Assembly (NCBI GenBank): GCA_903857665.1
Contig: CAIOFV010000084.1
Span: forward strand, 16,294 to 80,293
Direction of reading: 5' to 3'
Length of the DNA stretch: 64,000 bases
Source of the DNA: an uncultured Myxococcales bacterium
GTDB lineage: Bacteria > Myxococcota_A > UBA9042 > DTJE01
Positions 63,200 to 64,000 of the stretch are shown here, one piece after another (the stretch's first letter is position 1; every line of letters begins with the position of its first letter). The notes under the pieces are model-generated. The model made no database searches and was not told the DNA's origin. It saw only the letters and a program-made list of their open reading frames with translations. The translations under genes were made by a program, and so were the position numbers.

Positions 63200-64000
63200 A
63201 TGTCGACCGACGATTTCCTTTCACTGCTGGGATACCCGCTGGTCTTCCTGGCCGGGCTGCACGCACTGCTGGGGTCCATCCTGCTGCGGCGCCCGCTGCG
63301 CCAGCAGTTGATGATCATTCCCGCCGCCGTCACCTGCTGGGCCTTCGCGGCCGCATGCCTGTCCACCGGGCTCGCCTACGTCTATGCGTCCAGCGGGTTG
63401 GACCCGGACCTGCCGTTCCGCATTTCCTGGTGTTCCCTGATCCCCCTGGTTTCCGCCATCCAGACCGTCCTGTCGATCCGCGACCCGGGCAGCCGGGCCG
63501 TGCGGTGGGTCGGATGGATCGGATACCCCCTGGCCGGGACCGTCACGGTCCTCGCGGTGACGACGAACCTCGTCCAGGGGGGCCGGCCCCAGTTGCTCCC
63601 CTTCATCGACAACGTGGGAAGCCTGGGCGAGGTCATCGAGATCGTCGCCGCCATCGGCGCGGCCGTGTTCGCGGTGCTGGCGTGGACGTCGCGAAAGCGG
63701 ATGCCGGACGAGATTCGCGAGCAGGCATCCCTCGTGGTCCGCGGCCTGGTCGCCACCGGCGTGGTGGTGGTCGCATTCGAGGTCGCCGCGCTGGCCGGGG
63801 CGCCGGTGGACACCTCGCTGGCGATGTACGGCTCGGTCTTCTGGGCGGCAGGCATCATCGCCGCGCTGGGTCCCCGCGGCCTGTTCAACCTGGACGTCGC
63901 GGCGGTGCACGTAGCCCTCGTGCTGGGGTGGGGCTTCGTGCTGGCGGCGATCCAGTTGGGATTGTGGTCGCTGCTGTGCCCGCCGCTTCCGGGAGGCCTG
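63200..64000 (+). CDS. 3'-partial polytopic membrane protein (possible sensor N-terminal membrane domain)
   Basis: ATG at 63200. At least 7 hydrophobic helices. Coding-like codon usage to the window end. Not in the ORF track because it has no stop. Confidence 0.5.
   Translation, partial: MSTDDFLSLLGYPLVFLAGLHALLGSILLRRPLRQQLMIIPAAVTCWAFAAACLSTGLAYVYASSGLDPDLPFRISWCSLIPLVSAIQTVLSIRDPGSRAVRWVGWIGYPLAGTVTVLAVTTNLVQGGRPQLLPFIDNVGSLGEVIEIVAAIGAAVFAVLAWTSRKRMPDEIREQASLVVRGLVATGVVVVAFEVAALAGAPVDTSLAMYGSVFWAAGIIAALGPRGLFNLDVAAVHVALVLGWGFVLAAIQLGLWSLLCPPLPGGL

Overview
This 64-kb window of about 70% GC DNA looks like chromosome from a Myxococcota-type deltaproteobacterium. Evidence: MYXO-CTERM-like tail, TIGR02232-type cysteine repeats, MopE motif, PEGA Ser/Thr kinase. 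About 95% of the six-frame ORF track is wrong-frame or antisense Arg/Pro/Gly-rich noise. Genes were called from recognisable protein families, signal peptides/lipoboxes, RBS spacing and operon-style ATGA overlaps. No BLAST, HMM or structure search was possible, so every family name is recalled sequence similarity. Housekeeping genes: hrpB, PBP1A, folD, gcvT-gcvH-gcvPA, ribA, rph, a PPi-type PFK, tatD, a fused Ptb-Buk, an Ldh_2 dehydrogenase and a Hanks kinase. Interleaved with these is a very high density of secreted Cys-rich repeat (lipo)proteins, at least nine. The main unit is a 21-kb same-strand cluster (27396-48209) of five giant surface proteins. Three are paralogues with phage tail fibre/tail-collar architecture fused to long arrays of an 8-Cys 45-aa module. 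One of them (2404 aa) also carries an apparently non-catalytic FGE-sulfatase-like domain and a MopE motif. The other two are a 953-aa DUF1566/Ig-like lipoprotein and a 1594-aa lipoprotein of about 100 Myxococcus-type Cys repeats. Immediately upstream on the opposite strand is a candidate modification operon. It couples a lipoprotein (Pro-rich 16-aa tandem repeats plus a 20-Cys C-terminal domain) by ATGA overlap to a radical-SAM/SPASM enzyme, then a D-aminoacylase-family amidohydrolase. Also seen: an apparent frameshift in hrpB; an intergenic 41-44-bp direct repeat pair; an 11-bp-phased ACCTGC x4 array; a 15-bp x4 tandem array; and an AT-rich palindrome in the ptb-buk/rbp divergent promoter region. 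The gcv operon lacks gcvPB and any glycine riboswitch. No tRNA, rRNA, CRISPR, IS or prophage body was found.
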